Source: Azolla caroliniana (lineage: Eukaryota; Plantae; Polypodiophyta). From it: a stretch of DNA of 64,000 bases. Positions within the stretch are counted from its first letter, which is position 1. Every line of letters starts with the position of its first letter. A program made the position numbers and the translations under genes. The stretch spans positions 14,570,001 to 14,634,000 of the forward strand of contig JBHGNT010000017.1 in the NCBI GenBank assembly GCA_043228905.1. Reading direction: 5' to 3'. This document shows, piece by piece, positions 53,427-64,000 of the stretch. The notes beneath the pieces were generated by a model, which did no database searches, had not been told where the DNA came from, and worked only from the letters and a program-made list of their open reading frames with translations.

Positions 53427-56400
53427 CTACTTGTTGCGACTGTGAACAAGATACTCGAGAGGGATCAATTTGTGCTAGAATGGCTTGAGCGAAAACATCT
53501 GTCTTCAAGTCCTCACGTATGGTATCGATAACATGGGAATCCAAGGGCATATCGAAGACATGCGTTGCTTACAGTTGTGTCGGTCCCAAGATTACTTGCT
53601 TTTGGTTATCGAAAGCCGGCTCGCCGGGACGTGGTGCTAGATACGAACGTTGTGATATTGCATCTGCCTTCCCTTGTTGCTTCCCCAGACGATATGTAAT
53701 TTTGAAGTCGAAACGAGTGAGGAATTGGGCTCATCGAGCTTGACATCAATTTAACACACGAGCATTCTGAAAGTAGGCAAGGTTTTTGTGATCACTAAAT
53801 ACGATGACTTGATGAGAGAAAAGGCCTCCATTGCGTAAAAGAGTCCACTAGTGCTAATAGCTCCTTATCATGAATTTCATAGTTGATTTCTGCGGCGTCA
53901 AACTTGTGTGAATGGAAAGCCATAGGATGTAGGTTTTCATCATCGCCTTGTTGAGACAGAATGCTACCCAAGGCGAAATCCGACGCGTTTGCTTCAATGA
54001 TGAATGATTTTTCTGGATCAACATGAGCTAAAATAGGAGCTGATGTAAATGCCTTCTTAAGACTCCAAATGAACGATTTTCCCTTCCTGGTAAGTTCTGT
54101 GAGAGGCAGAACAAGCTTTGAGTAATCTTGTATGAACTTGCGGTAAAAATTGGCAAAGCCTAAAAAGCATTGCACATCTGGCAACGAACCCAGAGTCTGC
54201 CACTCTACTACTGTTTTGACCTTAGCTGGATCCATGGAGATGCCTTCCTGAGGAAATGACATAGCCCAAAAATTCTACCTGGTTGCACCCGAAACTACAT
54301 TTTTCTAGTTTTGCATAAAGACCATGTTCTCGAAGTCGTTTTAGTACTAATAGTACATGAGAATCATGCTCTTCTTGGGTCTTCGAATAAACCAGTAGAT
54401 CATCCAAATAGATGATCAAAAAATCATCCAAGAGATCTCGGAATATATCATTTGCCATGTGCTGGAAGACTACTAGTGCATTAGTGAGGCCGAATGGCAT
54501 GACCGTATACTCGAAGTGCCCATATCTGGTGTGAAACACAATCTTCCATTCATCTCCTAGTAGGATCCATACGAGGTTATACGGTCCTCGTAAGTCAATC
54601 TTTGTGAAGAGCCTTGATCCATTCTAAAATACTTGAGATAAGAGGAAATGCATACCTATTCTTGATGGTGACTTTATTTAACCCACGATAATCTACGATG
54701 GAACAAAGTGATCCATGCTTTTTCTTGACGAAGAAAATGGGCGCGCCGGCTGGAGATTTCGAATGTCGATTAAAACCATTTGCCAAATTCTCCTCTATAT
54801 AGGCTTGAAGGACTTCTAGCTCGGTTGGTGACAAATTGTAGATCGGTCCCCATGGTGGCTCTTTTCCCGGTTGTAAATCGATGGGGCAATCATACGATCG
54901 ATGGTGAGGAAGCGTATTAGCTCGTACTTTATCGAACACATCAGCATAATGACGATACTTCTTTGGAAGTTGAACGATGGACTCCTCTTTATTGATACTG
55001 GAGGGGTTTACTGATATTGCGAAGAGAAACATTTCTTCGTTGCGTCCTTCCTCACGCAACTGATGTAGCGAAATGGTTGCAATCTTATGAGTAGATCCTC
55101 GGGTTTGTCGACACCGTATTTCACTTGTTCTCCAATCTATGGCTGGGTTATGTAATTCGAACCATGGTAATCCCAAAACAATGGGATGTTTTGGGGTACT
55201 AATTATATTAAATGATACTACACATGCTAAATTATCTAGGACAATATAATATTCCCAGAAGCAATGGGACGACCATCAATGACTAATATAGAGGCTGAAC
55301 ATGGGAGTTTCTTTAGGGATATCTGATGAGCATGGGAAAAATTCCTATCCATGAAGCAAGAGTTGGCTCCGAACTCTAAGAGTGCTAAGACATGTACTAG
55401 AGGAGTACTTTTCGTACTAACCATTACTTGAGCTAAGAACACATTGCTAACTTGCTTAGAGGAAATGGAACCACTAATGGGCTGCACAAATCTAGGGTTG
55501 TCCAACCAAACGACTCCTATTTTGGCTCAACTTAATCGTTTAACTCTTCTTCTAGTTGACTAAGGGTTTCAAATTTGTTTAAAAGGCTTGGGCTATTAGG
55601 ACTATCAAACACACTTAGAGGAATAGACTCGGGTATAGTACTATTAGTACTAGTAGTTATTTGATTTACCTGCCTTTTCAGCCGATGGGGGCAGTTCACT
55701 GCAATATGCCCTGGTCCACCGCAATAAAGACATAATCGATTTGCCCTACGTCGCTGCTTTTCTTCTTCTCATAGTGGTCCGCGGCGACGTGTGGTGTCGA
55801 TTTCCATTGGAGTTGGAGTATTTGTTGGAGATGTATTGAATGACTCCCTTGGGAAAGGCTTTGCTACGATTGAAGCGTAGGTGGGCTCCGATCTTGTCTG
55901 TGGCATTTGGAATTGATGTTCCGAAAGTCGTTCGAAGAGGCGATTATCGCATCTCACCGCACGACTGATTGCTTCTGTCAATGACTTTGGCTCCTTGGGG
56001 AAAGTTAAGAGTAAATCTTTAACATCATTACGTAGGCCAAAACGAGATTGCTCCATTAGTGCCTGGTAATCCCAGGGAATATCGGTGGCGAGAAGATGGA
56101 AATCCGCAGCATAAGTCGAGGCCGGCCGCTCACCTTGGCGCAATCTTCGGATTTTGTTGATTGCTATTCTAACACTATCGGTATCTCCGAAACAGGCTTT
56201 AAACTCGGTAATAAACTCCTCGAAATTATTTAACAAGGAAGAGCTTTTTCCTAATAGGGGGGGGAACCATGCCAAAGTCGTGCTACTAAGTAGAGTGCCT
56301 ACTAGTCCCACTTGTGATGTATCGGTGGGATATCGAGAAGGATGAATGTGAATGACTAATCATACCTAATTAAGGAATCCTCTAAACTGCGATCGCGTTC

Positions 56401-57209
56401 CATCAAATTTCATGGGAAGACCGATCTTGGGTTCTTTATGAATCCCTTGCATACTGGGTCCTTGTTGTTGCATCGCTACTGAGGTTGCTTCAAGTTGTTG
56501 CACGCGTACCACTCGATCCCCATGTTGTTGTTGCATCTACTGCTTTTCTAAGGAGATTTGTTGAAAATCCCCCAACAACTGTTGATTTTCTTGTTCCAAA
56601 GCAAGGAACTTCTCCTTCAAGCATTGCAGCTCTGAGAAAATGGATTGATATTCTTGAGCGCTAACAATGGCCATAATATGAGAGAAAAGAGGAATAAGAG
56701 ATTAGTATGAAGGGAGGGAGAAATAAGAAGATAAAGGAAGAGAAGGACGAAGAGAAAATTGGTTCAAACTGTCAGGATCAATACTAAGATAGAGAAGTAT
56801 TATCAGGAACAATACTAAAACAAAGAAGGAATTAGTACTAAAAGATGAGGATTAGTACTAAGGGAGGTGTAGAACTCTCGAGAGAAGGAGAGAGTGAGTG
56901 AGAGAGAGAGAGAGAATGAGGATAACAAAAGATATATATTATGCTAAGGGAATATACAATAGTAGCTAGGAGGCTTAAGACTGGCGTTGAACCGATTTGG
57001 TTCGAAATAATGCCTTATGCCTCCTTTTATAGTGTTCTAATGAGTACTCCTGAAGTTTTGTTCTAGAGAAATCTGGAATATATATCAATTTTATATAGTA
57101 AAACCTAAATGAAAATAATATCTTTTGTATTACAACATATAGTCTAATGGTCAAGAGCTTGACCCATGTAACAAAAGGTCATGGGTTTGAGTCTTGCCAT
57201 ATCATGACA
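53427..57209 (-). mobile_element. Tcn1-like chromovirus copy 3: 5' LTR, gag, PR, RT, RNase H; 3' part lost
   Basis: 5' LTR 56770-57209, gag ATG at 56674, CLYCGGPGH knuckle, protease, YLDD RT, RNase H. Confidence 0.9.
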
Positions 57210-57589
57210 ATGTACTTTTGAAACTCTGTGACCATTTCATTAAGGCTGAACTCCTTGGCAGCCACTCTTGATAATACAGATATTAATAATCTATCATCCT
57301 TGATTCCTTGCAATGAATGCCAAGGAAGGAGTTTCATATCTTTGGAAAGCGGCATGTACACGAAAGACACTCCGATTTGGGTGAAAGCATGTGAGTGGAA
57401 ACAATTAGCTATGCAAAAATCCTACCAATGATAAATAGTCATTTTTGCACCATGAATGATAACATTAGAATGTTTTAATTATATAAATAAGCACCATAAA
57501 TTATATACCGAATTCCTAGGTCCATTATGCATGATCCATTGCCACATCAAATTGGCCATCACTTTGTGACTATTCAGGCTTAGATTACT

Positions 57590-57861
57590 ACCATTGTTCC
57601 TAAACCTTATGGAGTCCACTCCTCCACTGCCGCCATTCTACACTCAGTTGACACCACTGTGTGGTCCAAGCATCATCTACCACAGTTCGCGCCATTGTTC
57701 GATCTGACGGAGTTCACTCCTCCACTGTCGCCATTCTACTCTCAGTTTCCGCCATTGTGCGTTCCAAGCATCATCTGCCATTGTTCGATCTGACAGAGTT
57801 CACTCCTCCACTGCCGCCATTCTACGCTCAATTGTCGCTACTGTGCGTTCCAAGCATCATT
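57590..57861. repeat. ~85-100-bp tandem repeat, three copies
   Basis: GAGTTCACTCCTCCACTGCCGCCATTCTAC..GTTCCAAGCATCAT repeated. Confidence 0.75.
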
Positions 57862-58328
57862 TGTCATGGACATATACCAAAACTCCAATACTTGTAATAA
57901 GGATTTGAACCCATAACCTCTTTAAAGATAATGTGTAACTTCAACCACTAGGATACATCATATTATATTTATTAAATTGTAAATTCTTATCTTAGATAAG
58001 GAAGGAACATATCCAATAGTGTGAAACATTGCCACCGCATAGGCTAATGCATGATTACCAAGTGGCATGCTTGCATGAATGACAAATGGCGAGCATGCAT
58101 GCCTATGAGGTGGCGAGCATGCATGTATCCAAAGCATGCTATATAAACATATAGTGAACTATTGATGAACCATTCCGGTTCAACGCTAGTCTTCAACGTA
58201 CTCTTGTAACCCATGTTCTCATTGCTAATACATTTTCAATATCTTATTTCTCTCACATTCCGCTCTTATTTTCTATTTCTCATTCTTTTCTTCATTTTAA
58301 ACTTGTCTTTGGATATGACCCTAACAAT

Positions 58329-58340
58329 TTGAACCTGAAT
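58329..58340 (+). promoter_or_regulatory. Self-priming PBS of chromovirus copy 4
   Basis: TTGAACCTGAAT lies 2 nt after the LTR end and is complementary (11/12) to ATTCCGGTTCAA at 58172-58183, 30 nt after TATAAA at 58142. Confidence 0.8.
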
Positions 58341-59299
58341 CCCTAACCTTCTTCATTGTAATCTTTTTTTCCAAGCAACCTCTCATCCTATCTTCTCATA
58401 ACCATGGCAACAGTAAGTGAACAAGAATATATGCGCGTTCTAGGCGAACTTGAATGCTTGAACACCAAGTTCTTGGCCTTGGAGCAAGAGAATCAAAGGT
58501 TGCTCGGGGATTTACAACAAGTGAATGTCGAGAAAGCTCAACAACAGGAGGAATTGACTCAAAGGGTTCACCAACTTGAAGTGGCATTAATAACATTGCG
58601 ACAACAAGCATTACAAGCACTGAATTCGACAATAGAACCCAAGATAAGTCAGGTACTTCTAGTATTTCAAATGCATCTCACTCGATATCCAAAAGATTCG
58701 GCACGAGTAGGGTTGGTCGGAACTCTATTAATTGGTACAACATTGGCTTGGTTTGCGCCATTACTTGAGAAAAAGTGCCCTATTTTGGATAATTTTGATG
58801 AGTTTATTAAAGAGTTCCAAGCTTGTTTTGGAGATACCGATAGCATGAGAATAGCTATTAATAAGATTCGAAGGTTGCGACAAGGGTATCGCCCAGCCTC
58901 AGCCTATGCGGCTGATTATCGCCTTCTTGCATGTGACATTCCTTGGGACGAAGAGGCATTGGTGGATCAATTTCGTCACGGACTTCGTAATGATGTGAAA
59001 TACTTGCTTCTCACTTTCCATGAAGATCCAAAATCTCTTACTGAGGCGATTAGTCGAGCTGTACGATGTGACAATCGATTATTTGAGCGATGCTCTAAGC
59101 GTCAACAATGGTCTTGACCTCGATCAGAGCATATGCATCAGTAACATCACTACCTACATCTGGAACTATGCAAGTTCCTATTTCTAGCCCAATAAGTGGT
59201 CCTACTCCAATGGAAATTGATTCTACACATCGTCGAGGACCTTTAACAAAACCTGAAAAGCAGAGACGTTGGGCGAACCGCCTATGTTTATATTGTGGT

Positions 59300-60365
59300 C
59301 ATAGAATGAACCATACGTATCATACACACATTTGCACTCGAGAATGATTCAATCAAATGTGTAAGGTAAATCATCTCAAAGTTGGATTGGATTGACTATG
59401 GTCTATATTATATATTGATTCACTCTCAATCCCAATAAGTGGACTCTAATCCATTGTGAACCACCAACATAAGTATGGTTGCAATATTTGCATTATATCA
59501 CATGCATACTTTTGGGATGCTTCTTAAGAATCAAGACATCTCTATCATCCTCACTTTAGAACTTTACAAAAAAACGAGTATGAACTATAGAGATTGAATC
59601 AAAATATGTCATTGTAAATTATAATCAAATGTTCAAAAACTCATAAAATGTATATTCGAGAATATGAAGAAAACATGACATAGGCAATAGTAGCATAACA
59701 ACTTACCACTAGGGTGAGCTAATTTCTAATAACAAAGAAAGAAAAAAGAAATGTTCAAAAAATCATAAAACGTATATTCGAGAATATGAAGTAAACATGA
59801 CATAGGCAATAGTAGCATAACAACGTACCACTAGGGTGACCTAATTTCTAATAACAAAGAAAGAAAAAAAAGGAACATGACACTAACATAAAATGTTGTC
59901 ATGACATAGGTAGTAGTAGCATAACAACTTGCCACAAGGGTGAGCTAATTTCTAATAACAACGAAAGAAAGAAAAAGAAGAAAAAGGAACATGACACTAA
60001 CAAGAGGATATTAGAAAGTTGGGAATTGAACCCAAGACACAAGTAATAGTAGCACAACAACTTACCACTAGGTTGTACTTACTTCTAAATATAGAAAAAG
60101 AAAAGAAAAAACGTATTATAACACTAACATAAAATTTTGCTATAACATGGTACTAATGAGAGAGAGAGAGATAAGAAAATTGGGAATCAAACCTAGTTAC
60201 ACATAAAAAACAATAGCATGACTCCTTACCACTAGGGTAAGCTAAATTGTAATGACAATAAATGAAAAAAAAAGATAAAAAAAGGAGCATGTATTTTTCC
60301 CATTTCAAACATGTTCGTTTCCAAACATTTGAATGCTTGCACAAACACGAATATTACGTTCTATG
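59300..60365. mobile_element. hAT-type MITE (CATAGA termini) inserted in the gag zinc knuckle
   Basis: CATAGAA...TTCTATG termini. Perfect 8-bp TSD ATTGTGGT (59292-59299, 60366-60373). Removal restores CLYCGGPGH. Internal ~105-130-bp tandem repeats. Confidence 0.88.
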
Positions 60366-60537
60366 ATTGTGGTGGTCCAGGACATATAGCGATAAGTTGT
60401 CCCCATCGACCAAGGCATCAAGTTTACCAAGTAAGTTTTAGTACTAAATTGGATCTCGATTCTCCATATACATCTAGCAATCCTAGTAGCCCTACACCTT
60501 CAAATTGTTTTGAAGTACTTAGCCAACTAGATGACGT

Positions 60538-60582
60538 GTTAAACGAGTAAATCCAACCAAAATAGGAGCCATTTGGTTGGAT
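60538..60582 (+). promoter_or_regulatory. Putative -1 ribosomal frameshift signal (gag-pol)
   Basis: G_TTA_AAC slippery heptamer, 6-nt spacer, 11-bp stem ATCCAACCAAA/TTTGGTTGGAT. Pol is in the -1 frame and open from the slip site. Confidence 0.75.
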
Positions 60583-63500
60583 AACCCAGAATTTGTAGAA
60601 TCAGTCCATAGTAATGGTTCCATTTCATCGAACCAAGTTAATAGAGTTTTTGTTGCACATGTCGAGCTTAGTACCTCTAGATGTCATCAGGTCTTCGCAT
60701 ATGCTCTCTTAGATTCCAGAGCCAACTCTTATTTCATGGACTGGGATTTTGCCTTGACACATAATATCTTATTAAAACCATTGCATTGTCTAGTATCAGT
60801 CACAGTAATAGATGGTCGACCCATTGCCTCTGTAAATATAACTGAAGAGTCTGAATCAATTCGTGTAGTTCTTGGTGATTTAGCTTGTGTCATCTCATTC
60901 AATATCAAACATAGTCCGGAGCATCCGATTGTCCTTGGTCTACCTTGGTTTGAGCTTCATAAACACCAGATTGATTGGAGAAAACGAGTTATCCTAGTAT
61001 CCAAGAAAAACCATATATCGGATTTCCCTATTACTTATAACCCAAATTTAGAATGCCATCAGATGTCAACAATATCTTTGGAAAACTTATGCAAAGAGGG
61101 AGAGAAAGAAGAAATGTTTATATTTGCGATAATAACAATGCCAACACCAACTCAACAAAAGTCGAGTACCTTTCTTCCAACCAAGTATCAAGAATTCCAA
61201 GATGTCTTCAATAAGGACAAAGTTGATAGACTCCCAGAACATCGACCTTATGATTGTCCTATTGATCTTCAGCCAGGAAAAGATCCACCATGGGGACCCA
61301 TCTATAGTTTATCACCTGCAAAGCTCAAGGTTCTTCGCAACTATATCGATGAAAATTTAGCTACTGGATTTATTCATCATTCCAAATCTCATGCTGGCGC
61401 ACCAATATGTTTTGTCAAGAAGAAAGATGGATTGCTTTGTTTGGTCGTAGATTATCGAGGATTAAACAAAATCACAATTCAAAACAGGTATGCCTTGCCT
61501 TTAATACCAACACTTTTGGAGTTGTTGAGTGGAGCCAAATACTTTACAAATATCAATCTTAGAGGTGCTTATAATCTAGTTCAAATTCGTTCGGGTGATG
61601 AATGGAAAACTGCATTTCGCACTCGATATGGGCATTTTGAGTATATATAGTTATGCCATTCGGTCTTACGAATGCTCATATGGTTTTTCAACATATGGCC
61701 AATGATATTTTCCAAGACTTCTTGGATATATTCACCATCATTTATTTGGATGTTATCTTGATATTTTCCAAGACTCAAGAAGAGCATGATGAGCATGTAT
61801 GCCAAGTTCTACGACGATTACAAGAATATGGTCTCTATGCTAAACTCGAGAAATGTAGTTTTGATCACAACCAAGTGGAATTCCTCGGGTACATAGTATC
61901 ACCAGAAGGAATTTCTATGGACCCAACAAAGGTGCAAACAATTCTAGAGTGGGAAACACCACAATCTATGTGTGATGTTCAGTGTTTCTTGGGATTTGAG
62001 AATTTTTACTGCAAATTCATTAGGAACTACTCAAAGAAGGTGTTGCCTCTTACACAATTAACACATAAAAACCAACCATTCATATGGAATTCTAGTGTTG
62101 CTGAGGCATTCGAAAGCTTAAAACATGCATTCACATCACCTCCTATTTTGATCCATGCTGAGCAAGACAAGCCTTTTATTTTGGAAGGTGATCATCAAAT
62201 TTTGCACTCAGGAGTGTCCTGTCACAACCCAAAGAAAATGGGCTATTATATCTAGTTGCTTTTCATTCGCGGAAATTTGAAGCTGCGGAAATTAATTATG
62301 AGATTCACGACAAGGAGCTTTTGGCTATTATAGACTCTTTTGAGCATTGGCGCCACTTCTTAGAAGGTTCTCCCCATTAAATCATTGTATATAATGATCA
62401 CAAGAACCTAACGTATTTCTAGAATGCTTGAGTCTTAAATCGTCGACGGGCACCTTGGGCACAATTTCTTACACGCTTTGATTTGTTGATTGTGTATCGC
62501 CCCGCAATACACTAGGGAGAGGCAGATGCCCTATCACGGAATTCGTACATGGAACCCTGTTTAGGGGAACCTACTTTTGATCATCAAAAGCAGATCCTCC
62601 TTGGTCTTGATCGTTTACAAGTGATGAACGCTAATGCTTTTAAGACACCTACGGACTCGATACTTATAAGTACGATTCGTACTGATCTTGAAGCAGACGA
62701 ATTTGCCCAAGATGTCTTGAATCATATTATTCCAGATCGTGCTTCTTGATCAAGGTCGATGAATTCTCGTAAAGATTATAATCAGTTCAGTTGGAATTAT
62801 AATTTACTTTTTCGAAATAATTTTCTTTATGTCCCTGATGGCCGCTCTTGACTCGTTATTTTACAACATTGCCATGACATGCCAATGGCTGGACATTTTG
62901 GAATTCACAAAACATTGGAATTCATTTCTAGAAATTATTGGTGGCCGCATCTTCGTAATTATGTTGAAAACTACATTCGTAGTTGTGATGCATGTTGTCG
63001 GTCCAAGTGTCCTCGACATAAACCATATGGTTTAATCCAACCTTTACTAGTTCCTGATGGTCCCTGTAAGTCTATATCTATGGATTTCATTACTGATCTT
63101 GCATCTTCCAAAGGTTTTAATTCCATCCTTACTGTTGTAGATCGGTTCACTAAGATGACACATTTTCTACCATGCACAAAGACTATTAATAGTCAAGAGA
63201 TAGCAGATTTGGTTATGCGTGAAGTGTTTCGGCATTATGGTCTTCCTAATGACATCATTAGTGATCGAGGACCACGATTTATCTCAACATTTTGGAAACA
63301 CTTGTTTGGGCTCCTCCAAATTGATTGTAAACTCTCTTCAGCTATCACCCAAAGACAAATGGTCAAACCTAGTATACCAATCAAACCGCAGAACAATACC
63401 TTCATTGCTTCATCAATTATCAACAAGATGATTGGGTAGATTATTTACATTTTGCGGAGTTTTCTTACAACAATTCAGTTCATTCATCTAACAAAATTAC

Positions 63501-64000
63501 TCCCTTCTTTGCGAACACGGGTGTTCATCCCCGTTGGACAATTCTTGACCACCCAAGAATCTCGGAAAACCCCGCTGTGGAGGATCGCCTATGTCATATT
63601 AGAGAAATTCATATTGTTCTTTCTCATCATTTACATCACGCTCAAGCCACCCATAAGAAGTTTGTAAATCGCCATCGACTCAACTCATCACCGGAAAAAC
63701 CCAAATTTCAAGTTGGAGATCATGTATGGCTCTTACGATGTAATCTGAAGACCACTAGGCCTTGTAACAAGCTAGATTATCAACGCCTTGGCCCATATTT
63801 AATCACTAAACCGATCAATGAAGTTGCTTTTCAACTCGATCTCCCTCCTCATATGCGTCTTCACCCATTGTTCTATGTCTCACTCTTGGAACCTTATACT
63901 TTAAACTCTATTCCAGATCGCGTTGTTCCGCCTCCACCTTTTATTGAGCTTGATGAAGGCCCAGAATATGAAGTAAAATCCATTTTGGACTCCAAAGTTG

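Larger units (their letters stand above)
57862..64000 (+). mobile_element. Tcn1-like chromovirus copy 4 (second family), running off the window end
   Basis: 5' LTR 57862-58326, gag at 58404, pol from 60577 (ALLDSRA protease, RT, RNase H, integrase), chromodomain start PEYEVKSILDSKV at the window end. Many stops. Confidence 0.92.

Noticed and set aside
42628-57209. Single chromovirus spanning 3' LTR 42628 to 5' LTR 57209
   Set aside because: Flanks GCACA and ATGTA do not form a TSD, and RT/RNase H occur twice, so these are separate copies.

Overview
Plant nuclear DNA, most likely from a non-seed plant such as a fern or lycophyte. This is inferred from Tcn1-like chromoviruses, tRNA-Trp-primed Phygy-like gypsy elements and a PLS-type PPR fragment. 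The first ~15 kb holds one intact, intronless, CpG-rich GMC (FAD) oxidoreductase gene of pyranose-oxidase/bacterial type (4892-6601). It also holds the first four exons of a myo-inositol monophosphatase (IMP/VTC4-like) gene with a frameshift in exon 4, a PPR relic, a 5'-truncated LINE and three hAT-type MITEs. From ~15 kb to the end is a deeply nested pile of decayed transposons: five copia elements, four Tcn1-like chromoviruses, Phygy-like gypsy elements, several solo LTRs, a DUF7869/Sola-like DNA transposon and another hAT MITE. Four unusual signals stand out. (1) tRNA-like A-box/B-box modules recur antisense in the U3 of several unrelated LTR families and in tandem in a hAT MITE. (2) The chromoviruses show co-varying self-priming PBS/5'-R pairs. 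(3) They also have a conserved GTTAAAC plus stem-loop -1 frameshift signal at the gag-pol junction. (4) The GMC oxidase is a candidate horizontal acquisition. Coordinates were read by eye and no database searches were run.
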